Below are positions 29,143-38,700 of a DNA stretch of 51,331 nucleotides, in pieces; position 1 is the first letter of the stretch; each line of letters opens with the position of its first letter. Under the pieces are notes generated by a model. That model was not told where the DNA came from. It did not search any database and saw nothing but the letters and a program-made list of their open reading frames with translations. Both the position numbers and the translations under genes were made by a program. The stretch is from an uncultured Clostridia bacterium. Lineage in GTDB: Bacteria; Bacillota; Clostridia; Christensenellales; UBA1242. The stretch lies in NCBI GenBank assembly GCA_944349615.1, contig CALVNK010000002.1, forward strand, positions 1-51,331, in the 5' to 3' direction.

Positions 29143-29628
29143 TTAGGCTCTAATCAAGTTGACAAGAAGTCCTAAACAATAGTCAATTCCAAAAATTACG
29201 ACTGCAAAAACAAGTACTACTACAAGTACTACGCCTGTCTTCTTGCAAACTTCTCCAAAACTAGGCCATGAAACTTTTTTAAGTTCTGAAAAAGTTTCCT
29301 TTGCCTTTCTTTTGAGTTTGCCTTTTTCTTTTTTGTCTTTCTTTTTATCGTTTGTTTTCTTAGTCTTGTTATCTTTAACGTCCTTTTTGTTTGCCTTTTC
29401 AACTTTTTCTTCGGCTTTGCTACCTTTTTTTAAACTGTTTTGCAAACCTGCTTGCTCGTTCTGCTCAACATTTGGCTGAACTATATTTTTATCTTCCGAA
29501 ACAGGCATAGTAACATCGCTTGTTACCACTTCACCATTTAAAGAAGCTTGTGCATTTTCAAGTTCGCTAGATGCAACAGTTTTGACATTTGAATTTTTAG
29601 ACTTTTTCGACTTTTTGTTTTTAGACAT
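29143..29628 (-). CDS. secE: Preprotein translocase SecE with ~100-aa Lys-rich N-terminal extension
   Basis: C-terminal ETFSELKKVSWPSFGEVCKKTGVVLVVVLVFAVVIFGIDY is the canonical SecE TM region. The only upstream in-frame Met codons are M1 and M41, and GGGGG sits before M1. Confidence 0.88.
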   Translation of the reverse strand: MSKNKKSKKSKNSNVKTVASSELENAQASLNGEVVTSDVTMPVSEDKNIVQPNVEQNEQAGLQNSLKKGSKAEEKVEKANKKDVKDNKTKKTNDKKKDKKEKGKLKRKAKETFSELKKVSWPSFGEVCKKTGVVLVVVLVFAVVIFGIDYCLGLLVNLIRA

Positions 29629-29642
29629 AAAACCCCCGATAA

Positions 29643-29804
29643 TTACTTAGTTTCTTTATGAACTGTTCTCTTTCCGCAACGTGAGCAGAATTTTGTAATT
29701 TCAATTCTCTCTGGATTTGAAGCGGTATTCTTGCTTGATGCATAGTTTCTTTCTTGACATTCAGTACATGCAAGAATAATATTTTTGCGTTTTGGTGTAG
29801 CCAT
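29643..29804 (-). CDS. rpmG: 50S ribosomal protein L33 (53 aa)
   Basis: Not in the ORF track (under 60 aa). My translation: [53 protein letters not shown], with CxxC..CxxC. RBS GGAGATG. The track ORF 29621..29821 is a different frame of the same DNA. Confidence 0.93.
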   Translation of the reverse strand: MATPKRKNIILACTECQERNYASSKNTASNPERIEITKFCSRCGKRTVHKETK

Positions 29805-30002
29805 TTTTCATCTCCTAACAAAAAACTAACACCCCCTTAAAGAAGTGCTAGTAGTATATTATCACATATTGATCTTATTGTCAACTAATTAAATTAAAAT
29901 TTCTCAATTTATTCTTGAAAGTTAATTTATTACTTTAATGTTATGAGAATATTATTTAAAAAAGTTTTATCTTGATTAAAAGATAATGAAAATTCGTTTA
30001 TT

Positions 30003-30266
30003 TTAATCTTCTATGTCCGCTTGAATAAGCATGGCAAACTCGTCTTTACGCAGAGTAGACCTTACAAGTTCAAAATCAGTAGGAAAGTTATAGTCAAGTT
30101 CATGTTTTTCACAATAGGTAAAATATATTGTCAAACACTCTTTTGCATATAGGTATGCTTCTTCGACAAGATTACCATCAGTAGTAAGTTCAAGGTCTGG
30201 AAATATAACTCTATATACTCCTTCACTATCTTTCATAAACACAGCAGGATAGACAAAACTTTTCAT
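30003..30266 (-). CDS. HicB-like antitoxin-fold protein (UPF0150), no partner toxin seen
   Basis: Start moved to ATG 30264-30266 behind AAGGAG. MKSFVYPAVFMKDSEGVYRVIFPDLELTTDGNLVEEAYLYAKECL matches the HicB N-terminal domain pattern (YPAxF..E.G.Y.V.FPDL....G.t.EEA). Has its own TTGAGT-N16-TGtTAAAAT promoter. Confidence 0.65.
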   Translation of the reverse strand: MKSFVYPAVFMKDSEGVYRVIFPDLELTTDGNLVEEAYLYAKECLTIYFTYCEKHELDYNFPTDFELVRSTLRKDEFAMLIQADIED

Positions 30267-30540
30267 GCAAAACTCGCTCCTTAAGATAGATTTTAACACA
30301 ATTATCGATGAACTCAAAACAAAAATGCGTTTTTTATTACATTTTGATACTATTAATTTAGTCAAAAAAACAAAATTTATTACACTTTATTATTTGCAAA
30401 TGGTTTTTTATTTAAATTTCTAGAAAAAATGTAAATTTGCATAGGAAAGTAGTATATTCAACAAAAAGATGTATAACTTAAAGCCACTTTAAATATCTTC
30501 TACGCTGTATTTTGATTTGTGAATTCTTTACTATTCATAA

Positions 30541-33270
30541 TTAGCTGTTATGGTCTTTATCCCAGCAACAGTTTTTATATTTTTTGCCACTTCCGCAAGG
30601 ACATGGATCGTTTCTGCCTGCTTTTGGCTTATCACTATAGATGGTCTTTTGAATTTGCAATTTTGCCTTGTTTTGCTTTTGAGCGCGTTCTTCTGGCGTC
30701 AGATCCTTACCTGTAAAGAGAATTTTTACAGGCTGTGGCTGAGCGACCTGTGGAGTTTGCTGAATTTTTGCATTGAGAAGCACTTTGCAGGTTGTTTCTT
30801 TGATTTTGTCGATCATGTTGTCAAACATATCAAAGCCTTCCTTCTTATATGCAAGGACTGGATCTTGCTGGCCAAACTGTCTTGACAGAATTTCATCTTT
30901 CATAATCTGCATATCTTCAATTTGACTCATCCAGTTGATATCTACCATACGAAGAAGAACATTGCGTTCAACTGCTTCAAAGTCAATGCCGAGAGCCTGC
31001 ATCTCATCCTGTCTTTGCTCATAGCGTGCTTTGACTATATCAAAAACCTTGTCAATCACATCATCCACATCACAATCTTCAACAAATTCTTCTGTGACAA
31101 TGTTGCTATCCTTTTCAAACAAGCCATTTTCAAGTTCTTTATTAAGTGCCTTTAAATCCCATTCATAGTATGGTTTTTCGTCACTTATAATCTTGTAAAC
31201 GCTTTTTGATATAACCTGTGGGAACATTCTCATGATTTGGTCATGGACAGGTTCGCCATCCAAAACCTTATTTCGCTCGCCATAGATAATCTCTCTTTGT
31301 TTATTCATTACATCGTCAAAGCGGAGTACTGTCTTTCTTATGGTGAAATTTTGAAGTTCTATTCTACGCTGAGAGGATTCAACTTGCCTTGCAACTGCTT
31401 TCATTTGAATAGGAGTTGTGTCATCTATCTTGAAAAATGCCAAAATTTTCTTGAGTTTATCTGTTGCAAATCGCTTAAATAGGTCATCATCAAGACTGAT
31501 ATAGAACACACTTGACCCCGGGTCACCCTGTCTTCCGCTTCGTCCGCGAAGCTGATTATCAATACGCCTTGACTCATGTCTTTCAGTACCTATAATATGA
31601 AGTCCGCCGAGTGCCTTAACCTCTTCCTTTTCGGCGTCTGTAATTTTCTTAAAATCTTCAAATAGTTTTCTGTATTCTTGACGCGCCAAATTCAACTTTT
31701 CGTCATCTATTGTATTGAATGCTGTTGCATAAGAAATCTCCTCCTCTGCAAAGCCTTTCTTACGCATCTCGCTTGTTGCCATAAACTCAGGATTACCGCC
31801 GAGCAATATGTCAGTACCACGACCAGCCATGTTGGTAGCAATGGTTATCGCGCCCTTTCTACCCGCTTGAGCAACAATCTCGCTTTCTTTTTCATTATTT
31901 TTAGCGTTCAACACTTGGTGCTTAATGCCTAAATGTTTGAGCGCTCTTGAAATCAATTCAGATTTATCAATATTGATTGTACCAACAAGCACAGGCTGTC
32001 CGCTTTCTTTGCACTTTCTTATTTCTTCAATAATAGCCGAGATTTTCCCCTTCTCGGTGATATACATAATATCTGGATAATCAACGCGTTTTTTAGGAAG
32101 GTTTGGTGGAATAGAAACAACATCAAGATTGTATATTGTTCTAAATTCTCCCTCCTCTGTCTTAGCAGTACCTGTCATGCCAGAAAGTTTTGTGTAGAGT
32201 CTAAAGAAATTCTGGAAGGTTATTGTTGCAAAAGTTTGGTTTTCATCTTGAATATTCACCTTTTCCTTTGCTTCAATTGCTTGATGTAGTCCAGAGCTAA
32301 ATCTTCGTCCAACAGCAAGTCTGCCTGTAAACTCGTCTACAATCACAACTTCGCCATCTTTTACTATATAATTTTCATCCCTGTGCATGATAAAGTTTGC
32401 ACGCAGTGCATTGTTGATATAGTGAAGTATTTCAATATTTTCAATATCTGAAAGATTGTCAATAGAGTAGAAACGTTCTGCTTTAGTGATACCTTTATCG
32501 GTCAAGTTTATCTGTTTTGTCTTTATATCTATTTCATAGTCATCTTTACGCAGTGACTTTGCAAATTCCTGAGCCTTCACATAACCTTCAGAACTTTTCC
32601 CGCCACGACCACTGATGATGAGAGGAGTTCTCGCCTCATCAATCAAAATACTATCCACCTCATCGACAATGGCAAAGTTGAGCCCTCGTTGCACCCTTTC
32701 GTTTTTATTTCTAGCCATGTTGTCGCGAAGGTAGTCAAAGCCAAGTTCGTTATTCGTTGTATATGTGATATCTGCCATATATGCAAGACGCTTTTGACTA
32801 TCATCCTGACCATTTAATGACACGCCAACAGTAAGGCCTAAAAATTTATAGACCTTCCCCATCCATTCAGCGTCACGCTTTGCAAGGTATTCGTTGACAG
32901 TAACTATATGCACCCCCTTTCCTGCAATTGCATTGAGATATGCAGGCAGTGTTTCAACAAGTGTCTTACCTTCACCTGTGCCCATCTCGGCAATTCTGCC
33001 TTGATGAAGTGCAATCCCGCCAAGAAGTTGCACATAGAAGTGACGCATATTTAAAACTCTGGTCGACGCCTCTCGCACTGCTGCATAGGCCTCTGGCAAA
33101 AGGTCATTTAACGACTGCCCCGCTTTATATCTATCGCGGAATTCATCTGTACAAGCCCGCAATTGCTCATTGGAATACTCTTTATATTTATCTTCTAATG
33201 CCACAATCTTATCTGCAATCTTACTTAGTTTTTTTACTTGTGATTTGTTTTCATTTCCAAAAAGTCCCAT
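30541..33270 (-). CDS. secA: Preprotein translocase ATPase SecA
   Basis: 909 aa. MGTGEGKTL Walker A, DEVDSILIDEARTPLIISG, GRSGRQGDPGSS, and C-terminal zinc motif CPCGSGKKYKNCC. Confidence 0.98.
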   Translation of the reverse strand: MGLFGNENKSQVKKLSKIADKIVALEDKYKEYSNEQLRACTDEFRDRYKAGQSLNDLLPEAYAAVREASTRVLNMRHFYVQLLGGIALHQGRIAEMGTGEGKTLVETLPAYLNAIAGKGVHIVTVNEYLAKRDAEWMGKVYKFLGLTVGVSLNGQDDSQKRLAYMADITYTTNNELGFDYLRDNMARNKNERVQRGLNFAIVDEVDSILIDEARTPLIISGRGGKSSEGYVKAQEFAKSLRKDDYEIDIKTKQINLTDKGITKAERFYSIDNLSDIENIEILHYINNALRANFIMHRDENYIVKDGEVVIVDEFTGRLAVGRRFSSGLHQAIEAKEKVNIQDENQTFATITFQNFFRLYTKLSGMTGTAKTEEGEFRTIYNLDVVSIPPNLPKKRVDYPDIMYITEKGKISAIIEEIRKCKESGQPVLVGTINIDKSELISRALKHLGIKHQVLNAKNNEKESEIVAQAGRKGAITIATNMAGRGTDILLGGNPEFMATSEMRKKGFAEEEISYATAFNTIDDEKLNLARQEYRKLFEDFKKITDAEKEEVKALGGLHIIGTERHESRRIDNQLRGRSGRQGDPGSSVFYISLDDDLFKRFATDKLKKILAFFKIDDTTPIQMKAVARQVESSQRRIELQNFTIRKTVLRFDDVMNKQREIIYGERNKVLDGEPVHDQIMRMFPQVISKSVYKIISDEKPYYEWDLKALNKELENGLFEKDSNIVTEEFVEDCDVDDVIDKVFDIVKARYEQRQDEMQALGIDFEAVERNVLLRMVDINWMSQIEDMQIMKDEILSRQFGQQDPVLAYKKEGFDMFDNMIDKIKETTCKVLLNAKIQQTPQVAQPQPVKILFTGKDLTPEERAQKQNKAKLQIQKTIYSDKPKAGRNDPCPCGSGKKYKNCCWDKDHNS

Positions 33271-33310
33271 CTTATCTCCTTCAAGTCTAATATAATATCT
33301 CTCAATGATA

Positions 33311-33338
33311 ATTTTAACAATTTTTAAATAAAAGTCAA
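33311..33338 (-). promoter_or_regulatory. Sigma-70-type promoter candidate for secA
   Basis: On the minus strand: TTGACT, 16 nt spacer, TGtTAAAAT, about 40 nt before the secA ATG. Confidence 0.5.
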
Positions 33339-33457
33339 ATAGATTTAATGATTATTAAATTTCACAACCTATTCATTTCACGATTTATGCAACTTTTTGT
33401 TGTTTATTTACTAAATTTATTATGATTAATCGCATAAAGTATTTTATCTTACTCCTC

Positions 33458-33486
33458 TTGACGAGCATTGATAAAAATGATATAAT
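33458..33486 (+). promoter_or_regulatory. Near-consensus sigma-70 promoter for the 707-aa gene
   Basis: TTGACG, 17 nt spacer, TGaTATAAT (extended -10). Divergent from the secA promoter. Confidence 0.55.
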
Positions 33487-33500
33487 AAAAAAAGAAGAGG

Positions 33501-35624
33501 ATGAAAATGAGTTTTTTAACAAAATTAAACAGCAATCGCAAAGAATTGCAAAAAAGATTGAAGACGAAAATTGCATTTTTGAAAAATCAAAAAACTTATA
33601 AATCCATAGATTTTTCTGTTTCCAATGGCAATTTCGACAATGCCACAGAGCTTGAGAGTCAATTGTTTGACAAATACTTTGCTGATGCAACAATTCAAGA
33701 TATACTCAATTTTGTAAGTAATGAAAATCTTTACAGACATTTTACATCTATTGCTGATGAGAAAGAATTGAAAAAAATGCTTTTGGTAATTAACAATAGT
33801 TTGCAAAAGAATGGGCAAAAAAGAGCTAAAATGTCACCAAAATATTTTTTTGATGAAACAAATAAAAAAATCCCTAAGAATTTTGCTTTGATAACTACCA
33901 CATTTGAAAAACACAATCTTTCTCGCCTTCAATTTGTTGCAGAAAGGGCTCAAGTTTTTGCAAGGGTTGTTTCCTTTTTAAAAACAAATTATGGAAAGAT
34001 TTATAAAAAAATTGATGATGGCAATAAAGCAAATAGCAGAGAGACCTTTCAAAATCTAGAAAACACCTTGAAAACATATGCTCAAATTTATGCAGGGTCT
34101 TCTATAGAGAGTTTTATAACAGATTTCACTAAATATAAAGATGTTTATAATATAAAAGAAAAAAGCACCTCGACTGAATTCATTATAGCACAGGCAAATT
34201 TTGATCCAAATAAACTAAAGAATATGCTTCTAGCAAATAAAAATCGCGAGCTAGAAAAACTTGATAAAATAGCAGACATTGCTCGTCAGGCAAACAAAAT
34301 AGCATCACAAAAACTTGAAACCAAGACTGAGATGAAAACATCACAAAATTTATTAGATGAAAATATGCAAATACTAAAAAATATACATCTCATTAACGAG
34401 AATTTAAAGAAAAATTATGATGAAATAAATGTAAGATGTATAAACAGCAAAAATGATTGGTTTGAGGCGAACAATAATGAAATATCTGCTAGACTTAAAA
34501 ATATAGCTCAAAATTTTGAACATGTTAGGGTCAACGTTGTATTGAACAACATAAACCATCTAGACACTACACTTTCGGATAATACAGCGTCAGCATCACA
34601 ACTAGAAATATATTCAAGCGCAATAGAAATTGCAAACAATATTCCACAAGATATCTATGGTTATATAGAAAAAGCCCAAGATAAAAATTCAAGTTTAAGG
34701 GTTTATACTTTTAAAAATGAAGATGAAAAGGAAGAAAAAGTAATATTTTCAAGTGAACAATTGAATGTTTTGAAATCACTTCGACAGGCAATAAACTATA
34801 AAAATAATAAAAATAATTATTTAAATAAATTTATTGCTGAAAATATTACCTCTATTGAGGGATTACAAAAATTTGTGGACCTTCTGAAATCTAATTGTAT
34901 GTTCGAAGAACTCCCAGTTGAATCGGTGAATATTTTGAGATTGATTTTGCGTGAGGCATATAAAGGAAATCCTCCTGATTTATGTAAATGTCTTGATTTT
35001 GGCAAAATAGATTACTCGATTTTTGTCAATCATGATGAAAAAATCAATGAAATATTAAAAAATAATGATGAAATTACAAAATCAATGCAATATTTATCTA
35101 ATAAATCTGCTTTAAAAAAAATAATAATGGCAAAAAAACATAATGAAAGACAAATAAACAAAATACCGCATGAAAATATCTTATTAACTAATAGAATACA
35201 CATAAAATCAACAGAGGTAAACCTCAACAATCAAAATCTAAAAAATTTAATTGAAAAACTACAAAATATAAAATCGGAAATAACAACTTGCATTGAAAAA
35301 AATGATATTGTGGAAAACAAAGAACGGGAATTTGAACAAAAAAATCTTATTAGTGATAAAGTATTGCAATTAACTAAATCAATAATAGAAATAATTAACG
35401 ATAATAAGGATAATCTTGTATATATAGATACAATCGAACGACATTTGCTGTCTACCAGCATCGATACTTTAATTGAATTGCTGAACAATGAAATGGACGA
35501 AGTTTATGCAAATCAAATAGCATTATCCTTAAATTCAGAACAAGTGAATATGCTTAAAACCACACTACTTAATTATGTCCAATCAACAAAAATAATTGAA
35601 GAGGAACTTAAGGAGAGAGAATAG
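33501..35624 (+). CDS. Hypothetical 707-aa soluble, predominantly helical N/K/E/I-rich protein
   Basis: RBS GAAGAGGA. No TM segment, no signal peptide, no motif I recognise. Long heptad-like stretches. Confidence 0.7.
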   Translation: MKMSFLTKLNSNRKELQKRLKTKIAFLKNQKTYKSIDFSVSNGNFDNATELESQLFDKYFADATIQDILNFVSNENLYRHFTSIADEKELKKMLLVINNSLQKNGQKRAKMSPKYFFDETNKKIPKNFALITTTFEKHNLSRLQFVAERAQVFARVVSFLKTNYGKIYKKIDDGNKANSRETFQNLENTLKTYAQIYAGSSIESFITDFTKYKDVYNIKEKSTSTEFIIAQANFDPNKLKNMLLANKNRELEKLDKIADIARQANKIASQKLETKTEMKTSQNLLDENMQILKNIHLINENLKKNYDEINVRCINSKNDWFEANNNEISARLKNIAQNFEHVRVNVVLNNINHLDTTLSDNTASASQLEIYSSAIEIANNIPQDIYGYIEKAQDKNSSLRVYTFKNEDEKEEKVIFSSEQLNVLKSLRQAINYKNNKNNYLNKFIAENITSIEGLQKFVDLLKSNCMFEELPVESVNILRLILREAYKGNPPDLCKCLDFGKIDYSIFVNHDEKINEILKNNDEITKSMQYLSNKSALKKIIMAKKHNERQINKIPHENILLTNRIHIKSTEVNLNNQNLKNLIEKLQNIKSEITTCIEKNDIVENKEREFEQKNLISDKVLQLTKSIIEIINDNKDNLVYIDTIERHLLSTSIDTLIELLNNEMDEVYANQIALSLNSEQVNMLKTTLLNYVQSTKIIEEELKERE

Positions 35625-35687
35625 GAATTTATTCCCCTATTTTGTCTCCTTTTTTTGTGATAAACCCTTATTTTAGATAGATGTTAC

Positions 35688-35716
35688 TTGACAAATAATA
35701 ATGTAAGTGTTAATAT
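35688..35716 (+). promoter_or_regulatory. Near-consensus sigma-70 promoter for the 1808-aa gene
   Basis: TTGACA, 17 nt spacer, TGtTAATAT, 35 nt before the ATG at 35751. Confidence 0.55.
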
Positions 35717-35750
35717 ATAATAAATAGATTATAATTTGAGGAGAAAAAAA

Positions 35751-38700
35751 ATGCCAAGAAAATATGGTCTTACAGGTAAGTATCCTGTAACAGTATCAAA
35801 CAAAATCAGCACTAGATTTGGAGATGAGGAGGTCAAATTTGTACAAAACGTGCAAATGAATCTTGATAGTCAAAATCTTTTCGAGCTCAACGAAGCAAAT
35901 AATGACGGCTCAAAGAGTAATGCAACCTCGCCTACCCTTACTATTAATGTTGATAAAGATAATGTCTATTCCGTTTCTTTTAGCGAGGCAGTCGCATCTC
36001 AATTCGAAAAACAGTTCAAAGAACTTGGAATTGATGACGATCACCTTAAGGCAATAATAGATGATAGAAAACTTCAAATAGATAGCAACGATAGTGCTAT
36101 TTCTGTTGAATCAAAAAATAATGAATTTATAGTGACCGTTAAATCTAAAGACGGAAAAGAATATACACTTGTGGCAAATTCAACAGGTGTTAAATTGGAC
36201 TATGGAGAGCATAAATTCGCCTATTCTCTTGGGAAAGATAAGCATCTTGATGTAAATATGCATAGAGATTTTGCAACAAGTATGCTAAAACAAGAAAAGC
36301 CTTTTGCAGAAATTACCGCAAAAGAAAAACAAGATCGCGTTCGTTCAATCCCCCATTATATAATTTATGAATACTGCCAAGGCTTTAAAAATAAAGATGT
36401 GAATATGCAAAGTCCAACAACAATTGGAGATTTTACATTTTATCGCGCACAATTAGACCCAGATAAACAAGGATCAAGTATTACTGATTATGTGTTTATC
36501 AAAGATGAAAAGACAAAACAAGTTTTTCTATATGGAAATGGCGGACTAAATGAGTGTAAAAATTATTTTTTCACACAAGATAAAAATGGAAAACTATCTT
36601 TGGATATTAACTTCAGACAAGGTGGAAAAACAACTGAAATTGACTGCCAAAATCCCAAATTTAAAGAATTTTTCCATAATTTTACACAAATTAATTTACC
36701 ACAAGCAGGTGCTAGTGATAAAGCAGGAAATGTGTTCGAAAAAATTTCAACTCTAGATATTGATGGACAAAAATATGATGTATATCATAATAATCCGACA
36801 GCAACTCTTAATACACGATTTTCTTATACTCAAAAAAAATATGAGCAAGAAAGTATAGTCGCAGATGAAGATGAAATAAACATTGGTCCTACTGGACCTA
36901 CTGGACCAACCGGACCTACTGGACCTACTGGACCAACCGGTCCTACTGGGCCTACTGGGCCAACCGGTCCTACTGGGCCTACTGGGCCTACGGGACCTAC
37001 GGGACCTACGGGACCTACCGAACCTACTGGACCTACCGGACCTACTGATCCTACTGGACCTATTGGACCTACCGGGTCTACTGATCCTATTATTCATACC
37101 GATCCTACTGAGCCTACTGATCCTATTATTCATACCGATCCTACTGAGCCTACTGATCCTACTGGTCCAACCGGTCCTACTGGTGCTGAAGAAATTAACA
37201 ATACCGAAAAGCAAGATCAATCAACCGAAAATAAACCACATTATAAAAAAGTAACAAAAGTTAAGCCTGGAAGAACGGTCGGCAAAGAAACAAGCTATAA
37301 ATATCAAGCCGAAGCGATTGGTATGTCAATGGGAATGATTGGACTATTTTTAGGTATTCTTGCTCCATTCCTTGGTCCTGTTGTGCTTTTTGTTGGTCTT
37401 GGGCTAACTTTAGGTGGTGTTGGGCTTGGCGTACTTGCCGATAAGCTGGAATTTAAACCATATAATATAGCAGAAAAAACCATCACTAAATATGAAAAAT
37501 TAGAAGAAGAAGAGAAAGATTTAGAGAAAGAGATGGAAAAGTCTGCATCTAAATTTATTGATGGCGAAGAGAAACTTGATTCTCTTGAAATAGAAAATCA
37601 AGGATTGGCACAAGATGTAATGCAATTTGCAGATAATGCTGGCGATAGATATCATCCACTACCTGATTTTATTGAACAAGTAAACACCTTTGCTCCTATT
37701 TCTCATCCAAAAGATGAAAATGGTAATGTTATTGTTTCTAACATAGATTATCTTGACAAAGAAAATCTACAATATAGACAAGCTCTGATCGCGGAACTAA
37801 AAAGAATTAACCTGATGCCAGAAGATGAAGCTATAAGAACAAGAGGCTTGGGAAAGAATAAAGAAACTCTTCCAACAAATAAAGAATTAAAACAACAGGC
37901 AATAGAAAGTTTTAAACAACAATTCTATATAACCGATATGAGTCAAGATGACCGAAAAAAAGTTTCCGACACAATTGAGGGACTTTTTGCTAAACCTCAA
38001 CTGCTAGCTGAATTTGTAGATACAGCAGAGAAATATAATAGTGCTCAGGAATCAGAAAACACACTTTTACAATCTCAAAGAAAAGAAATTGCTGGCATGG
38101 ACAATAAAATGCTTGATAAAATCTACAATAATAGTCGATCAAATGCTCAACGACGAGCAAAACTTGACGAAAGACATGCAACTGCCATCATAAGATCACG
38201 AGCAATTAACAACAAGTTAAATACCCAGGAAAATCAAGAATTACTAAATTTAGTACCCGAAGAAGAAAGAGAAATTCATGCTCAATATTTTGCTAATGCA
38301 TCACAGCAACTTGAGAATGAGGTAAATGAAATAAAAGAAATTGCAAAAGACAATGTAGAAAGAATTGCAATTGTTGAAATGCTACCTAAGTATATTGAGA
38401 GTATTCAAGAAGATAACTCAAATTATGCAACCAAACTGCAAGCACAAGAGGCAACTTTAGATTATCTCTATACTTACACTCAAAATTACTATGCTGACGA
38501 TGAAATTACAAGTTTTTTCAAAGATTTGAGACAAACTAATTATGTCACTCCTTCTAAAACGGTTTTGGGTCCTAAGACCTATGATGCATTCGATAAAATT
38601 CGCGAAAGTGGAAATTTAATTTTAGATGACTTGTTAAATGTTGAAGAAACTTCTAAAATTAAAAATCAAATCTTTAATTTTATTGATGATAAGTATGCAG

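Noticed and set aside
30267-30540. A decayed hicA toxin gene (12-codon ORF MNSKEFTNQNTA right after the secA stop).
   Set aside because: It is too short, and the similarity to HicA N-termini rests on 3-4 residues. It cannot be distinguished from chance.
27063-33290. Numerous 60-150-aa ORFs antisense to or out of frame with rplA, rplK, nusG, secE and secA. Similar ones lie inside the 707-aa gene, ychF, rlmB, sigH and metG.
   Set aside because: All are embedded in strongly supported conserved genes. They lack RBSs and have the hydrophobic or Cys/Phe-rich composition typical of antisense reading of AT-rich coding DNA.
36753-37254. ORFs 36753..37220 (-) and 36883..37254 (+) across the second collagen tract, and 40779..41193 ORFs across the K/E tail.
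   Set aside because: They have the same low-complexity origin, being repeat-driven open frames inside the 1808-aa CDS. There are no start signals.
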